From NCBI GenBank assembly GCA_902774175.1, contig CACYHG010000003.1, positions 7,730 to 71,729 of the forward strand: DNA of 64,000 nucleotides. Reading direction: 5' to 3'. The DNA is from an uncultured Bacteroidota bacterium. Its GTDB lineage: Bacteria; Bacteroidota; Bacteroidia; Bacteroidales; WCHB1-69. This document shows positions 54,809 to 64,000 of this stretch, piece after piece. A program made the position numbers and the translations under genes. Each line of letters starts with the position of its first letter. Positions within the stretch are counted from its first letter, which is position 1. Under the pieces are notes generated by a model. It saw only the letters and a list, made by a program, of their open reading frames with translations, was not told where the DNA came from and made no database searches.

Positions 54809-55508
54809 ATTGTTCAAGTCTCCAGTCAACCGGTTCCATGCCCTGCGAAACCAGCCATTCGTTGGCCTTGGAGAAATGACGGCATCCGAAAAAGCCCCTG
54901 GAGGCCGACAACGGTGACGGATGGGGCGCCTTCAGGACCAGATGCCTGCTGGCGTCAATCAAAGGAGCCTTCGCCTGCGCATACTGCCCCCATAACATGA
55001 AGACAACATGTGGGCGCTCTTCGGAGACCCTGCGGATCACAGTATCGGTGAAACGCTCCCACCCGTGGTTCTGGTGCGAACCGGCAAGATGTGCGCGCAC
55101 CGTCAATGTGGCATTCAGCAGCAGCACTCCCTGCCGCGCCCAAGCTGTCAAATCGCCGCATCGCGGGAACGGCACCCCGACATCGGACTGCAATTCCTTA
55201 CATATATTAATTAATGATTTCGGAAGAGGCACTCCCGGCTGTACGGAAAAACAGAGTCCGTGCGCCTGACCCGGCTCGTGGTACGGATCCTGCCCCAGCA
55301 GCACAACCTTAACCTTGTCGAAAGGGGTTTGGTTGAATGCGTTGAAAATGTATTTTCCAGGAGGGAACACAGGGTATTTTGACTTTTCTTCGATCAGAAA
55401 CGCCTTCAAATCTGCAAAATAATCCTGACGGAACTGGTCCGCCAGCACGCGTCCCCACTGCTCTTCGATAACCGGATTTACCGCAACCCTGCTTTCCATA
55501 AATAACAT
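54807..55508 (-). CDS. ung: uracil-DNA glycosylase, family 1
   Basis: GQDPYHEPGQAHGLCFSV, LLLNATLTVR, HPSPLS. Confidence 0.94.
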   Translation of the reverse strand: MLFMESRVAVNPVIEEQWGRVLADQFRQDYFADLKAFLIEEKSKYPVFPPGKYIFNAFNQTPFDKVKVVLLGQDPYHEPGQAHGLCFSVQPGVPLPKSLINICKELQSDVGVPFPRCGDLTAWARQGVLLLNATLTVRAHLAGSHQNHGWERFTDTVIRRVSEERPHVVFMLWGQYAQAKAPLIDASRHLVLKAPHPSPLSASRGFFGCRHFSKANEWLVSQGMEPVDWRLEQ

Positions 55509-55590
55509 GTTTTTGCTTTGAACAATGGCTTTAACGGCGGAATCGATGAAAAATTACATGCGGAGAGCAAAAACATGCCTGAAAAATGAC

Positions 55591-55598
55591 TACTTTTG
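55591..55598 (+). promoter_or_regulatory. -7 promoter box TACTTTTG for tRNA-Leu
   Basis: GACTACTTTTGCA, 18 nt before the tRNA. Confidence 0.5.
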
Positions 55599-55616
55599 CA
55601 TCTCCGATTCACGGAA

Positions 55617-55697
55617 GCGGATATGGCGTAATGGTAGCCGCGCCAGACTTAGGATCTGGTGACGAAAGTCGTGGGGGTTCGAGTCCCCCTATCCGCA
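55617..55697 (+). tRNA. tRNA-Leu (anticodon TAG), class II with long variable arm
   Basis: Acceptor GCGGATA/TATCCGC, anticodon stem CCAGA/TCTGG with loop CTTAGGA, variable arm TGACGAAAGTCGT, T arm GGGGG-TTCGAGT-CCCCC. Confidence 0.9.
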
Positions 55698-56131
55698 CCT
55701 CCTGTTCCAGCCAAACATCACCCGGCAGAAAAAAATCTCATATTTTTTCCAAAAAATTGTCTTTTGTTTTACCAAAATTTGTATTTTTGCGTTTGCTGTT
55801 GGAATGTGTGCCCTGTTTGGAACAAACCCTTTTCCAGACCGGAAAACACAAGCGAAACCAACGGTTGGAACGTATGTTTGGAAGAGGCTTGCCCTAAATC
55901 CATTTTATTGGGTTTTAGTGCATTGTCCTATATAGTAATTGTTATTCCACCAATTTGTGACCGCCGTGAGGCGCGAGGTGGAGGAGAGGGAAGGAACGGA
56001 ATCCGCTTTGCGGAAAAATCGGCCGTTTCCTTCCAAAATAGGCAAATTGACGTGCAAAAACGCCAAATCGGGAGAGTAGGCGGAATAAAGTTTGAAATAA
56101 TTTAAGGTAACTAACAAATAACTTAATTAAA

Positions 56132-59100
56132 ATGTACAAAAAAATATTTTTTGCCCTGGGGTTGGCACTGTTGATGACAGGCTACACCTTCGCCCAAAAC
56201 GCCACACTGAAGGGGAAAGTCACAAATCAGGACGGCAAGCCAGTTGATCTTGCAACCGTAAGGCTAATGCAAGAGGACGCCATGATTCTGGGAACCACCA
56301 CCGATGAGAAAGGCAACTACACATTGAAGCCCATTCCCACAGGAAAGTTCGACCTTGTTGTCACCTACATGGGGTGCGGAACATACAGGATGGAAGGCAT
56401 TGCTTTCAGCGGAAGCCTTGTCAAGTTCCAGGATGTACAGATTGACTGTAAGAGCGGCCAACAACTAAAAACCGTTACCATAAAGGCTGAGAAACCCATT
56501 TTCAACGTTGACGATCCCAGCCAGCAGGCCATGACGTCCGATGAGATGGAAAACGTTTCCGGAAAATCAATCTCCAGCGCCCTGAACACCATGAGCGGTC
56601 TGACATCGTCAGGCGGCGGCACAAGTGTCCGTGGTAACCGTACCGGCCAGCTGGTGTACATGGTGGACGGTGTCCGCAGCGGCAATGACGTGCCCTTTTC
56701 AAGCGTTGCGAGCATGAACATGATTTCCGGCGGTATCCCGGCCAAATACGGTGACGGTGCCGCATTCGTTGAAATCGAGACAAAAGGTGCCGCCCGCCAC
56801 TTTGGGGGATCCATTGACCTATATGACTATATTAACGGATACTATTCCGGAGGAATGCAGTTCTCCCTGACCGGCCCCATCCTGAAAAAACTTGAGAAGA
56901 GAACGGACTCGCTCATGAAACTGGACCAGCGGAAGAGCAAACTGAACTCGGCCGGCTTCTACCTGAGCGGAAGCCTCAGCTACAATCCGGGAAGCACCTC
57001 GCTCAAAGGAGGCTACTACGAAGCCCCGCAATCCCTGATTGACGAGCTGAAGGCCAACCCGCTGCGCATTGAAGAGGACGGCGTGAACTACAACAACACC
57101 CTTTATATCACAAAGGACCAATGGGGAAAAAGCAAAAAGAGACTGAGCAACGCCACCAGCTACGGCGGCAACCTGTTCGGCAAACTAGACATCCGTACCA
57201 CAAACATCGATGTCATTGCCACAGGTAAGTTCAGCTATTCTGCAGGTCAGAGCTACACCTTCGCAAACTCCCTGTACAACACAGAGAACAACGGCTTTTC
57301 GGAGAGCTGGACCGGAGCTGCCATGCTGCGTCTGACACAGCGTTTCCATTCCGACACAAGCTCCATCTTCAAGAACGCCTTCTACCGCATCCAGTTCAGC
57401 TATGAGCACGGAGCCGGCAAGTCCTACAGCAAGACCCACAAGGAAAACATCTTCGACTACGGATACATTGGAAAACTCGAACACAGGGTCATGCCTTACT
57501 ATGAATATGGCACCGATTCCCTGAACGGACGCAAACTTGACAATGTCTATAAGATGACCTCCTTCGCATATGTCATCGACACCTTTATCCCCGGCGACAA
57601 GAACCCGGATCTGGCCAGATACACCGAGAATGTATTCGACATGTTCGGAACAAGAATCCAATATGACAACCATATCCAGTCTCTTGGAGGCCTGCTGAAC
57701 GGTGAGGCCCCCAGCGGAGCGGCATACGGCTTTTTCAGCGCACCAGGCGTAGCCTACAACGGTGTTGGAAGGAGCCTCTCCGATGTACTGGACTTCAACG
57801 CCAACCTCTCCTTTGACATCAAGAACCACGGCATTGAGATGGGATTCCAGTATTACCAGTCAATGAGCCACAGTTTTTCAGTATCGCCAAGAGGCTTGTG
57901 GACTCTGATGCGCACTCTGGCCAACGACCACATCAACGAGCTTGACGAGAACTCCGCCTACGGCACATACGACAACAACGGTGTATTCACCGACACGGTC
58001 AACTACAAACGGCTTATCAACAAGGAGGGTCAGAAGACATTTGACAAGAACCTGCGTGAGAAGCTGGGCGCCGCCGAAGACGAATGGATTGACATCGACC
58101 GCTACGATCCGGAGACCTATTCGCTTGACATGTTCTCCGCCGAAGAGCTCTTCAACAACGGTAACGCCTACGTCTCCTACTACGGATATGACTACACCGG
58201 AAAACATCCCAACAACAAGGCCATCACCATGGATGACATGCAGAAATGGTTCAACGGCGAGGACGGCAGACGTGATTTCACCTCCATCGGAGCATACAAG
58301 CCTATCTATATGGCGGGATACATCCAGGACCACTTCGCAATCAAGACCCTGTACTTCAACGTGGGTGTCCGTCTGGATGTGAACGACGCCAACCAGCCCG
58401 TGGTAAAGGACATGTACCTCTATCGTGAGGCCTACACCGCCAAGGAGGTGAACCAGATGAACGTAACCTTCACCGACAAGAACTACAAGATTCCCGCCAG
58501 CATCGGTGACGACTATACAGTATATGTACAGGATCCCACCGCAGCAGAAATGGAGGTGACCGCCTACCGTAGCGGAACCACATGGTACGACCCGCAAGGA
58601 AACGAGGTCACGGACCCGACCGACCTTGCACAGGAGGCAAATGTCTCCAGCCTGACCCCCTACCTGAAGGAGATGCCGGGCGCATCCGACCAGACCAAGG
58701 TCAGCTACAAGGCATTCCAGGACTACACTCCCACTCTGGAGAACGGCGGAATCTCAATCGCCCCGCGTCTCTCCTTCTCCTTCTCAGTGAATGACGCGTC
58801 GGTGTTCTATGCACACTACAATGTCATGACCAAACGGCAGAACAGCCGCCTTAATCCTGTTTACTACCTCTTCTTTGAAGACTACGCCAAAAACGGAAGC
58901 TATTGCGCCAACACCGGTCTGAAACCGGAAAAGAGCATCGACTATGAAGTCGGATTCCGCCAGAAACTTGGCGACAATATGGCGTTGAACCTTTCCGCAT
59001 ACTATAGTGAGAAGCGTGACCAGGTGCAGGTTTACCGTTACACGGAGGCCTATCCTGCAACTTACTATTCCTACACGAACATCGACTTCGGAACCACCCA

Positions 59101-59815
59101 GGGCTTCACAATCGGACTGGAGATGCGTAAAGTCAAACATGTGAGCTTCTCCACCAACTACACGCTGCAATTCGCAAAAGGAACAGGTTCCAGCAGCACC
59201 TCGGCAGCCAACATCATCGCCGCCGGACAGCCCAACTTGAGGACCCTCACCACCCTGTCCTTTGACCAGCGCCACGTGCTGAACGCAAACATCAACCTAT
59301 CCTGCGGCCACGGTGAAGGAGGTACCTTCTACCTTAATAAGAAAGAGATCCATCCGTTGGAGAACAGCGGTATGAACATCACCGCCAAGGCGGGTTCGGG
59401 ACTTCCCTACACACGTTCAAGCACCATCTCATCCCTGAACGGACAAGGCGCCAGCCAGCTGGTCGGTTCAATATACGGATCCAGGATGCCGTGGCAGTAC
59501 AGCTGCAACATGAAGTTCTACAAATACTGGCAGCTCAAACTGAAGGACAGCGATGACAAGAGAGGACAGAAGAAAGCTATGCTGCAGGCCTATCTTGACA
59601 TTAACAACATCTTCAATTTCAGCAATGTGACCAGTGTCTACCGCTATACCGGAAACGCCTCGGACGACGGGTTCCTTACCGCTGAGGAATACCAGAAATA
59701 CATCTCCCAGCAAACCTGCCCCGAATCCTTCATCGACTATTACACATACATCATGACTGCCGGACGGCTGGGTTCAGCCCGTGTCATCACACTTGGCGCC
59801 ATGTTAAACTTTTAA
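56132..59815 (+). CDS. TonB-dependent receptor-like outer-membrane protein with N-terminal CarboxypepD_reg domain (not SusC-type)
   Basis: Signal peptide. ATLKGKVTNQDGKPVDLATVRL (carboxypeptidase-regulatory fold), plug region (VRGNRTGQLVYMVDGV...IPAKYGD), long barrel, C-terminal ...LGAMLNF. Confidence 0.88.
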   Translation: MYKKIFFALGLALLMTGYTFAQNATLKGKVTNQDGKPVDLATVRLMQEDAMILGTTTDEKGNYTLKPIPTGKFDLVVTYMGCGTYRMEGIAFSGSLVKFQDVQIDCKSGQQLKTVTIKAEKPIFNVDDPSQQAMTSDEMENVSGKSISSALNTMSGLTSSGGGTSVRGNRTGQLVYMVDGVRSGNDVPFSSVASMNMISGGIPAKYGDGAAFVEIETKGAARHFGGSIDLYDYINGYYSGGMQFSLTGPILKKLEKRTDSLMKLDQRKSKLNSAGFYLSGSLSYNPGSTSLKGGYYEAPQSLIDELKANPLRIEEDGVNYNNTLYITKDQWGKSKKRLSNATSYGGNLFGKLDIRTTNIDVIATGKFSYSAGQSYTFANSLYNTENNGFSESWTGAAMLRLTQRFHSDTSSIFKNAFYRIQFSYEHGAGKSYSKTHKENIFDYGYIGKLEHRVMPYYEYGTDSLNGRKLDNVYKMTSFAYVIDTFIPGDKNPDLARYTENVFDMFGTRIQYDNHIQSLGGLLNGEAPSGAAYGFFSAPGVAYNGVGRSLSDVLDFNANLSFDIKNHGIEMGFQYYQSMSHSFSVSPRGLWTLMRTLANDHINELDENSAYGTYDNNGVFTDTVNYKRLINKEGQKTFDKNLREKLGAAEDEWIDIDRYDPETYSLDMFSAEELFNNGNAYVSYYGYDYTGKHPNNKAITMDDMQKWFNGEDGRRDFTSIGAYKPIYMAGYIQDHFAIKTLYFNVGVRLDVNDANQPVVKDMYLYREAYTAKEVNQMNVTFTDKNYKIPASIGDDYTVYVQDPTAAEMEVTAYRSGTTWYDPQGNEVTDPTDLAQEANVSSLTPYLKEMPGASDQTKVSYKAFQDYTPTLENGGISIAPRLSFSFSVNDASVFYAHYNVMTKRQNSRLNPVYYLFFEDYAKNGSYCANTGLKPEKSIDYEVGFRQKLGDNMALNLSAYYSEKRDQVQVYRYTEAYPATYYSYTNIDFGTTQGFTIGLEMRKVKHVSFSTNYTLQFAKGTGSSSTSAANIIAAGQPNLRTLTTLSFDQRHVLNANINLSCGHGEGGTFYLNKKEIHPLENSGMNITAKAGSGLPYTRSSTISSLNGQGASQLVGSIYGSRMPWQYSCNMKFYKYWQLKLKDSDDKRGQKKAMLQAYLDINNIFNFSNVTSVYRYTGNASDDGFLTAEEYQKYISQQTCPESFIDYYTYIMTAGRLGSARVITLGAMLNF

Positions 59816-59833
59816 TCAACGGGGAGGAAATAT

Positions 59834-62800
59834 ATGAATCGCAAAAAAACAACTATCATGAAAAACATAAAAAGTATCGTAGCCATTGCTTTCATTGCCG
59901 CGTTCACCGTTTCTTTGGCAAAGGCCGAGAGATTTGTTGGGGATCCCGTACGGAAATCCAATGCTAAGGTGGCGCAAAAAGCAGCCACATGTCTGCCCGC
60001 ATCCAGTTCAAGCGAACTGAACATCAACAATGTCAGGGCTTATATAGAGACCAGCGGATCAATGTGGTTCAAAGAAATCGCAAAATACGTTGTGCCGAAA
60101 TCCGGAGATGCAAGCTCAATGTTCGCATCCGCCTTATGGATTGGAGGTCTGGACATCACCGGCCAGCTGAAATTGGCAGCCATCCGGTTCCGCCAGGTCG
60201 GTGACGACTTCTGGCCCGGCCCGCTGAACCTGAAGACAGCGGATATCGACCAGGCTGTCTGCAGCTACTACGACCGCCATTTTGAAATGACCAAGGCTAT
60301 GGCCAGGAACCACCGCGACCATTGGGACGACCCCGACTACGTGATGCCGGAAGCCATCAAGAACTGGCCCGCACACCCCTATAACTACACTGGTGACATC
60401 AACGGACCAAGCCAGTTCCTCGCCCCATTCTACGATTTGAACGGAGACGGTGAATACCAGCCTGAAAAGGGTGAATATCCCTACTATGACTTTGAAAACG
60501 AACTCTGCCCGTGGACAGATGAGAACAGGGCCAAAGCCGCCCGTGGCGAACTCCCCAAGACCTATGAGGAGGCCAACAACATTTCCGTCGGAGGTGTGAT
60601 GGCCGACCAGGTGCTGAAAGGCGACCAGACCCTTTGGTGGGTGTTCAACGACAAGGGAGCCGCACACACGGAATCCAAGGGTTCTCCCATCGGACTGGAA
60701 ATCCGTGGACAGGCCTTCGCCTTCACCACCAACGACGAGCTGAACAACATGACATTCTACTCCTACGAAATCATCAACCGTTCCTCATACGAGCTGACCG
60801 AAACATACTTCAGCCAGTGGGTGGACGCCGACCTCGGCTACCAGAAGGATGACTACGTGGGCTGCGATGTTGAAAGAGGTTTGGGATATTGCTACAACGG
60901 AACCAACGTGGACGGCACCGGACTGCCGACCCACTATGGCGCAAATCCTCCCGCAGTCGGTGTGGACTTCTTCCAAGGCCCCTATCTGGATCCGGACGGT
61001 TATGACAACCCCTCCTTCAATGGTGACGGAGTCTATGGTCCCTCCATGGAAGGGAGCTGCGAAATCGTGACCCAGAACGGCAAATTCCGCCAGTTCACCT
61101 GGGATTCGACCGGAAAGGGAGACATGGTCACCCGCCAGATTCTTGTGAGGGCAGAAGCCATCAACGGTGTGAACTTCGGTGACGGAATCGTGGACAACGA
61201 GCGTTTCGGCATGCGCCGCTTCGTATATCACAACAACGACAACTCAATCACAGGCGACCCGAGCATTGCATGGCAGTACTACAATATGCTGAAAGGTATC
61301 TGGAAAGATAACTCCAAAATGCGCTTTGGCTCAACCGGACACAAAAACAAGACCAACGGTCCGGAATGCGACTTCATGTTCCCGGGAACATCCGACCCGT
61401 GTAACTGGGGAACCAACGGAGAGCTGCCAGGTGAAATCTGGACAGAGGAGAACTGCAGCAACGCACCGGCTGACCGCCGTTTCATGCAGTCCGCAGGACC
61501 CTTCACACTGAAAAAAGGCGCCATCAACTACATCACAGTCGGTATTCCATGGGCAAGGGCCACAACCGGAAGCGCATGGGCCTCTGTCGAACTTCTGAAA
61601 ATTGTTGACGACAAATGCCAGAGCCTGTTCGAAAGCTGCTTCAAGGTCATTGACGGTCCCGATGCACCGGATCTGGTCTTCCAGGAGATGGACCAGTCCC
61701 TGATCTGCTACATCACCAACTCGCAGGGCTCCAACAACTACACCAACACTCCTGAAGACTACGCCGAGGAGGATCATTCACTTCCCGCCTTCCACGTGAA
61801 AACATCCTACGAAGACGACACCGCACACATCGTTGCCAAACATATTTATAAGGATATTAACGGACAGGACAGCGTGGCCTACGAAGACTCCGTAATCAAC
61901 ATCATCAAGGAGGTTCGCGACACCACATATTTCGACCGCACCTACCGTTTTGAAGGATATCAGATTTACCAGCTGGCCGACGAAAGCGTGACGGCTGAAG
62001 ACCTCTCCAACCCTTCAAAGGCAATCCTGGTGTTCCAATGCGACAAGAAGAACGATGTGGACAAAATACTCAATTACGAGTTTGACGCCACCATCGGCGC
62101 AGATGTCGCCAAAGAGAAAGTGAACGGAGCCAACACCGGCATCAGCCACACCTTCACACTGACAGAGGATGCGTTCAGCACCAGCAACATCCGCACCCTA
62201 ATCAACTACAAGAAATACTACTTCATGGCAATCGCCTATGCACACAACGGCTATGCAAAATACTCCACCGATGATGACAATCCCTGCCTGTATGGCCAGA
62301 AGAGCGCATACCTCGCCGGTAACAAGAACATCAAGACATACACGGTGATTCCTCACAGGACCAGCATCGAAGAGAACGGAACCGTTGCAAATGCGGAATA
62401 CGGCACCCAGCCGGCCATCACAAGGATAGAAGGTCAGGGTAACGGCGGCATCGCCTTGAACCTCACCAAAAAGACCATCGACAAGATTATGGCAGGTGCA
62501 CCGTGGAAGACAGACACTCTCGAATATGAGGTGAATGCCGGCCCGATCAACGTGAAGGTGATTGACCCGCTGCAGCTGGTGTCACACGACTACACCGTAC
62601 AGCTCTACAATGCGGACACCAATGTGAAGGATGTGAACGACAGCACACGCTGGAGAATCATCTACAACACTGAGGAAGGTTATGACACCATTGAGTCCCA
62701 GACCAGCATTTCCGTGAACAATGAGCAGATTCTCACTGACAAGAAAGGCAACATGATGGGTCTTTCCGTCACTATCTACAACAACAAGTTCGAGCTGCTG

Positions 62801-64000
62801 GACGAAGATGTGCTGCGTCCGGATGTTCCTATCAACCAGAGTATCTATTCCACAGTAAAATACCTGTCCTCAAGCATTGAATTCAGTAACGGCGTCACCT
62901 GGCTGACCGGCGTTGCTGACGTGGACGGCTCCAGCCCGCTGAACTGGATACGTTCCGGTTCGACAAAGGACGGAGACTACTTCATGAGAGGTCAGGACGG
63001 CTATTCGTGGGATCAGACCAACGCAAGAAAGGAGGACGAACACTATGCGCTGAAACTTGACAATGTAATCATGAGACCTGAAGGCGCGAAAAACTTCTAC
63101 TGCTTCCTTGACGGCAAGGAGTACTTCGAGAAAATGATAGGCGGAACGTGGGCACCCTACCCGCTGACCAACAAATACGACGACGGCCCGCAGTTCGGTT
63201 ACGCCGAGATTGAGAATCCTGACTACACCAACAAGAAAGAGCTGGTGCCGCCAATGTGCGACCAGTCATACTCCATCAGCATGACACAATTGTACAGTGT
63301 GGATGTGGTTCTGACACCCGACAAGTCGAAATGGAGCCGCTGCCCCGTTGTGGAGGCCTGCGGTGACAAGGTGCTGACCGTCGGAAAGGCCACCCGCCAT
63401 TTCATGCGCAAATCCTATTCTGTGGACAAGGAGGGTATTCCTTACAACGATCCGAGGTGCAACAAGGCTGAAGCCTGCATGCGCAGCGACAAGAAGGACA
63501 CCATGGGCATGGGCTGGTTCCCGGGATATGCCATCTGCGTGGAGACCGGAGAACGTCTGAACGTCATGTTCGCTGAGGATTCCTGGTTGGTCAAGCACAA
63601 CGGTGCGGACATGCTCTTCAACCCGACCCCCTACACCACCAGCAATGGTGACTATGTGATGGGCGGCAAGCATTATCTGTATGTGTTCGGCCATCAGGAC
63701 ATCGCCTATGACAATGGAGCAGGAAAGATCGGACGGCTCAACGGTAGCGCTGGAACCAACGCAAACTGGATCTGCCCGATATACGATGAGGGCGCATGGG
63801 CGTTCCAGAAACTTTACAATGCGGAGAACCACACCCTTTCCGCCACCAGCAACCTCTGGAAATCCTATGTGTACATGAACGTGATGTGGACCTCCATCCC
63901 GTTGGCCACCGACACCTCCAAATGGCTGAGTTCGGATGCGACCATCAAACTGCGTGTATCACGTCCTTACAAGCAATTCTCCGACAACAAGCTGGCAAAC
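59834..64000 (+). CDS. giant secreted protein of unknown function, over 1388 aa, runs off the window
   Basis: Hand translation. ATG at 59834 (MNRKKTTIMKNIKSIVAIAFIAAFTVSLAKA, type I signal peptide, no lipobox Cys). Frame spot-checked as open at about 61.7-63.1 kb and at the last codons. Absent from the ORF track because it has no stop. No other-frame ORF of 60 aa or more across 61.8-63.0 kb. Confidence 0.8.
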   Translation, partial: MNRKKTTIMKNIKSIVAIAFIAAFTVSLAKAERFVGDPVRKSNAKVAQKAATCLPASSSSELNINNVRAYIETSGSMWFKEIAKYVVPKSGDASSMFASALWIGGLDITGQLKLAAIRFRQVGDDFWPGPLNLKTADIDQAVCSYYDRHFEMTKAMARNHRDHWDDPDYVMPEAIKNWPAHPYNYTGDINGPSQFLAPFYDLNGDGEYQPEKGEYPYYDFENELCPWTDENRAKAARGELPKTYEEANNISVGGVMADQVLKGDQTLWWVFNDKGAAHTESKGSPIGLEIRGQAFAFTTNDELNNMTFYSYEIINRSSYELTETYFSQWVDADLGYQKDDYVGCDVERGLGYCYNGTNVDGTGLPTHYGANPPAVGVDFFQGPYLDPDGYDNPSFNGDGVYGPSMEGSCEIVTQNGKFRQFTWDSTGKGDMVTRQILVRAEAINGVNFGDGIVDNERFGMRRFVYHNNDNSITGDPSIAWQYYNMLKGIWKDNSKMRFGSTGHKNKTNGPECDFMFPGTSDPCNWGTNGELPGEIWTEENCSNAPADRRFMQSAGPFTLKKGAINYITVGIPWARATTGSAWASVELLKIVDDKCQSLFESCFKVIDGPDAPDLVFQEMDQSLICYITNSQGSNNYTNTPEDYAEEDHSLPAFHVKTSYEDDTAHIVAKHIYKDINGQDSVAYEDSVINIIKEVRDTTYFDRTYRFEGYQIYQLADESVTAEDLSNPSKAILVFQCDKKNDVDKILNYEFDATIGADVAKEKVNGANTGISHTFTLTEDAFSTSNIRTLINYKKYYFMAIAYAHNGYAKYSTDDDNPCLYGQKSAYLAGNKNIKTYTVIPHRTSIEENGTVANAEYGTQPAITRIEGQGNGGIALNLTKKTIDKIMAGAPWKTDTLEYEVNAGPINVKVIDPLQLVSHDYTVQLYNADTNVKDVNDSTRWRIIYNTEEGYDTIESQTSISVNNEQILTDKKGNMMGLSVTIYNNKFELLDEDVLRPDVPINQSIYSTVKYLSSSIEFSNGVTWLTGVADVDGSSPLNWIRSGSTKDGDYFMRGQDGYSWDQTNARKEDEHYALKLDNVIMRPEGAKNFYCFLDGKEYFEKMIGGTWAPYPLTNKYDDGPQFGYAEIENPDYTNKKELVPPMCDQSYSISMTQLYSVDVVLTPDKSKWSRCPVVEACGDKVLTVGKATRHFMRKSYSVDKEGIPYNDPRCNKAEACMRSDKKDTMGMGWFPGYAICVETGERLNVMFAEDSWLVKHNGADMLFNPTPYTTSNGDYVMGGKHYLYVFGHQDIAYDNGAGKIGRLNGSAGTNANWICPIYDEGAWAFQKLYNAENHTLSATSNLWKSYVYMNVMWTSIPLATDTSKWLSSDATIKLRVSRPYKQFSDNKLAN

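Noticed and set aside
55659-56105. 148-aa plus-strand ORF between tRNA-Leu and the receptor gene
   Set aside because: It starts inside the tRNA-Leu gene, is Cys/Phe-rich with no plausible start context, and spans what looks like promoter/leader DNA.
57185-58597. 214-aa and 239-aa minus-strand ORFs inside the TonB-dependent receptor gene
   Set aside because: Val/Gly-rich antisense shadows with no motifs. The receptor frame is continuous over 1227 codons.
60134-63832. Minus-strand ORFs (177, 148, 148, 188 aa) inside the region not covered by any listed plus-strand ORF
   Set aside because: The region is occupied by one long plus-strand frame from 59834 that the track omits only because it lacks an in-window stop. 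The minus-strand ORFs are shadows.

Overview
The window looks like a Bacteroidales-type chromosome segment. I infer this from TAnnTTTG promoter boxes, many lipobox lipoproteins and a CarboxypepD_reg TonB-dependent receptor; no database search was possible. All family calls come from motifs I recognise in the translations.

Layout:
- (1) 1-15.5 kb, housekeeping and envelope genes: zinc-ribbon protein, htpG, an ECF sigma/anti-sigma pair with three lipoproteins, lpxH, a PhoH-like ATPase, an AsmA/TamB-like giant, an MsbA-like ABC exporter, an EamA transporter, tRNA-Lys and tRNA-Glu.
- (2) 15.5-54.6 kb, one roughly 39-kb glycan-biosynthesis supercluster, entirely on the minus strand. It runs from an atypical initiating sugar transferase (54567) to a Wzc-like tyrosine kinase (15537).
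  - It combines Wza/Wzc with Wzm/Wzt ABC export.
  - It carries a teichoic-acid-like glycerol-phosphate module (TagD-like, TagF-like), an FdtA/B/C-type 3-acetamido-3,6-dideoxyhexose set, three UDP-GlcNAc 2-epimerase paralogs and at least 13 glycosyltransferases.
  - It is interrupted by an IS5-family element with an intact CTAA target duplication, a block of ATPase gene debris, and a direct-repeat-flanked single-gene cassette.
- (3) 54.7-64 kb: tRNA-Val, ung, tRNA-Leu, then a 1227-aa TonB-dependent receptor-like protein followed by a secreted protein of more than 1388 aa that runs off the window.

Two edge-truncated ORFs missing from the supplied track were recovered by hand translation (1..570 minus, 59834..64000 plus).

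Best candidates for something new:
- the repeat-flanked DUF4062(TIR-like)/HATPase_c_4/wHTH cassette at 21.0-22.7 kb;
- the hybrid dual-export glycan locus with its glycerol-phosphate module and an embedded porin-like barrel;
- the receptor plus giant-protein pair.

No CRISPR array, rRNA or prophage was seen.
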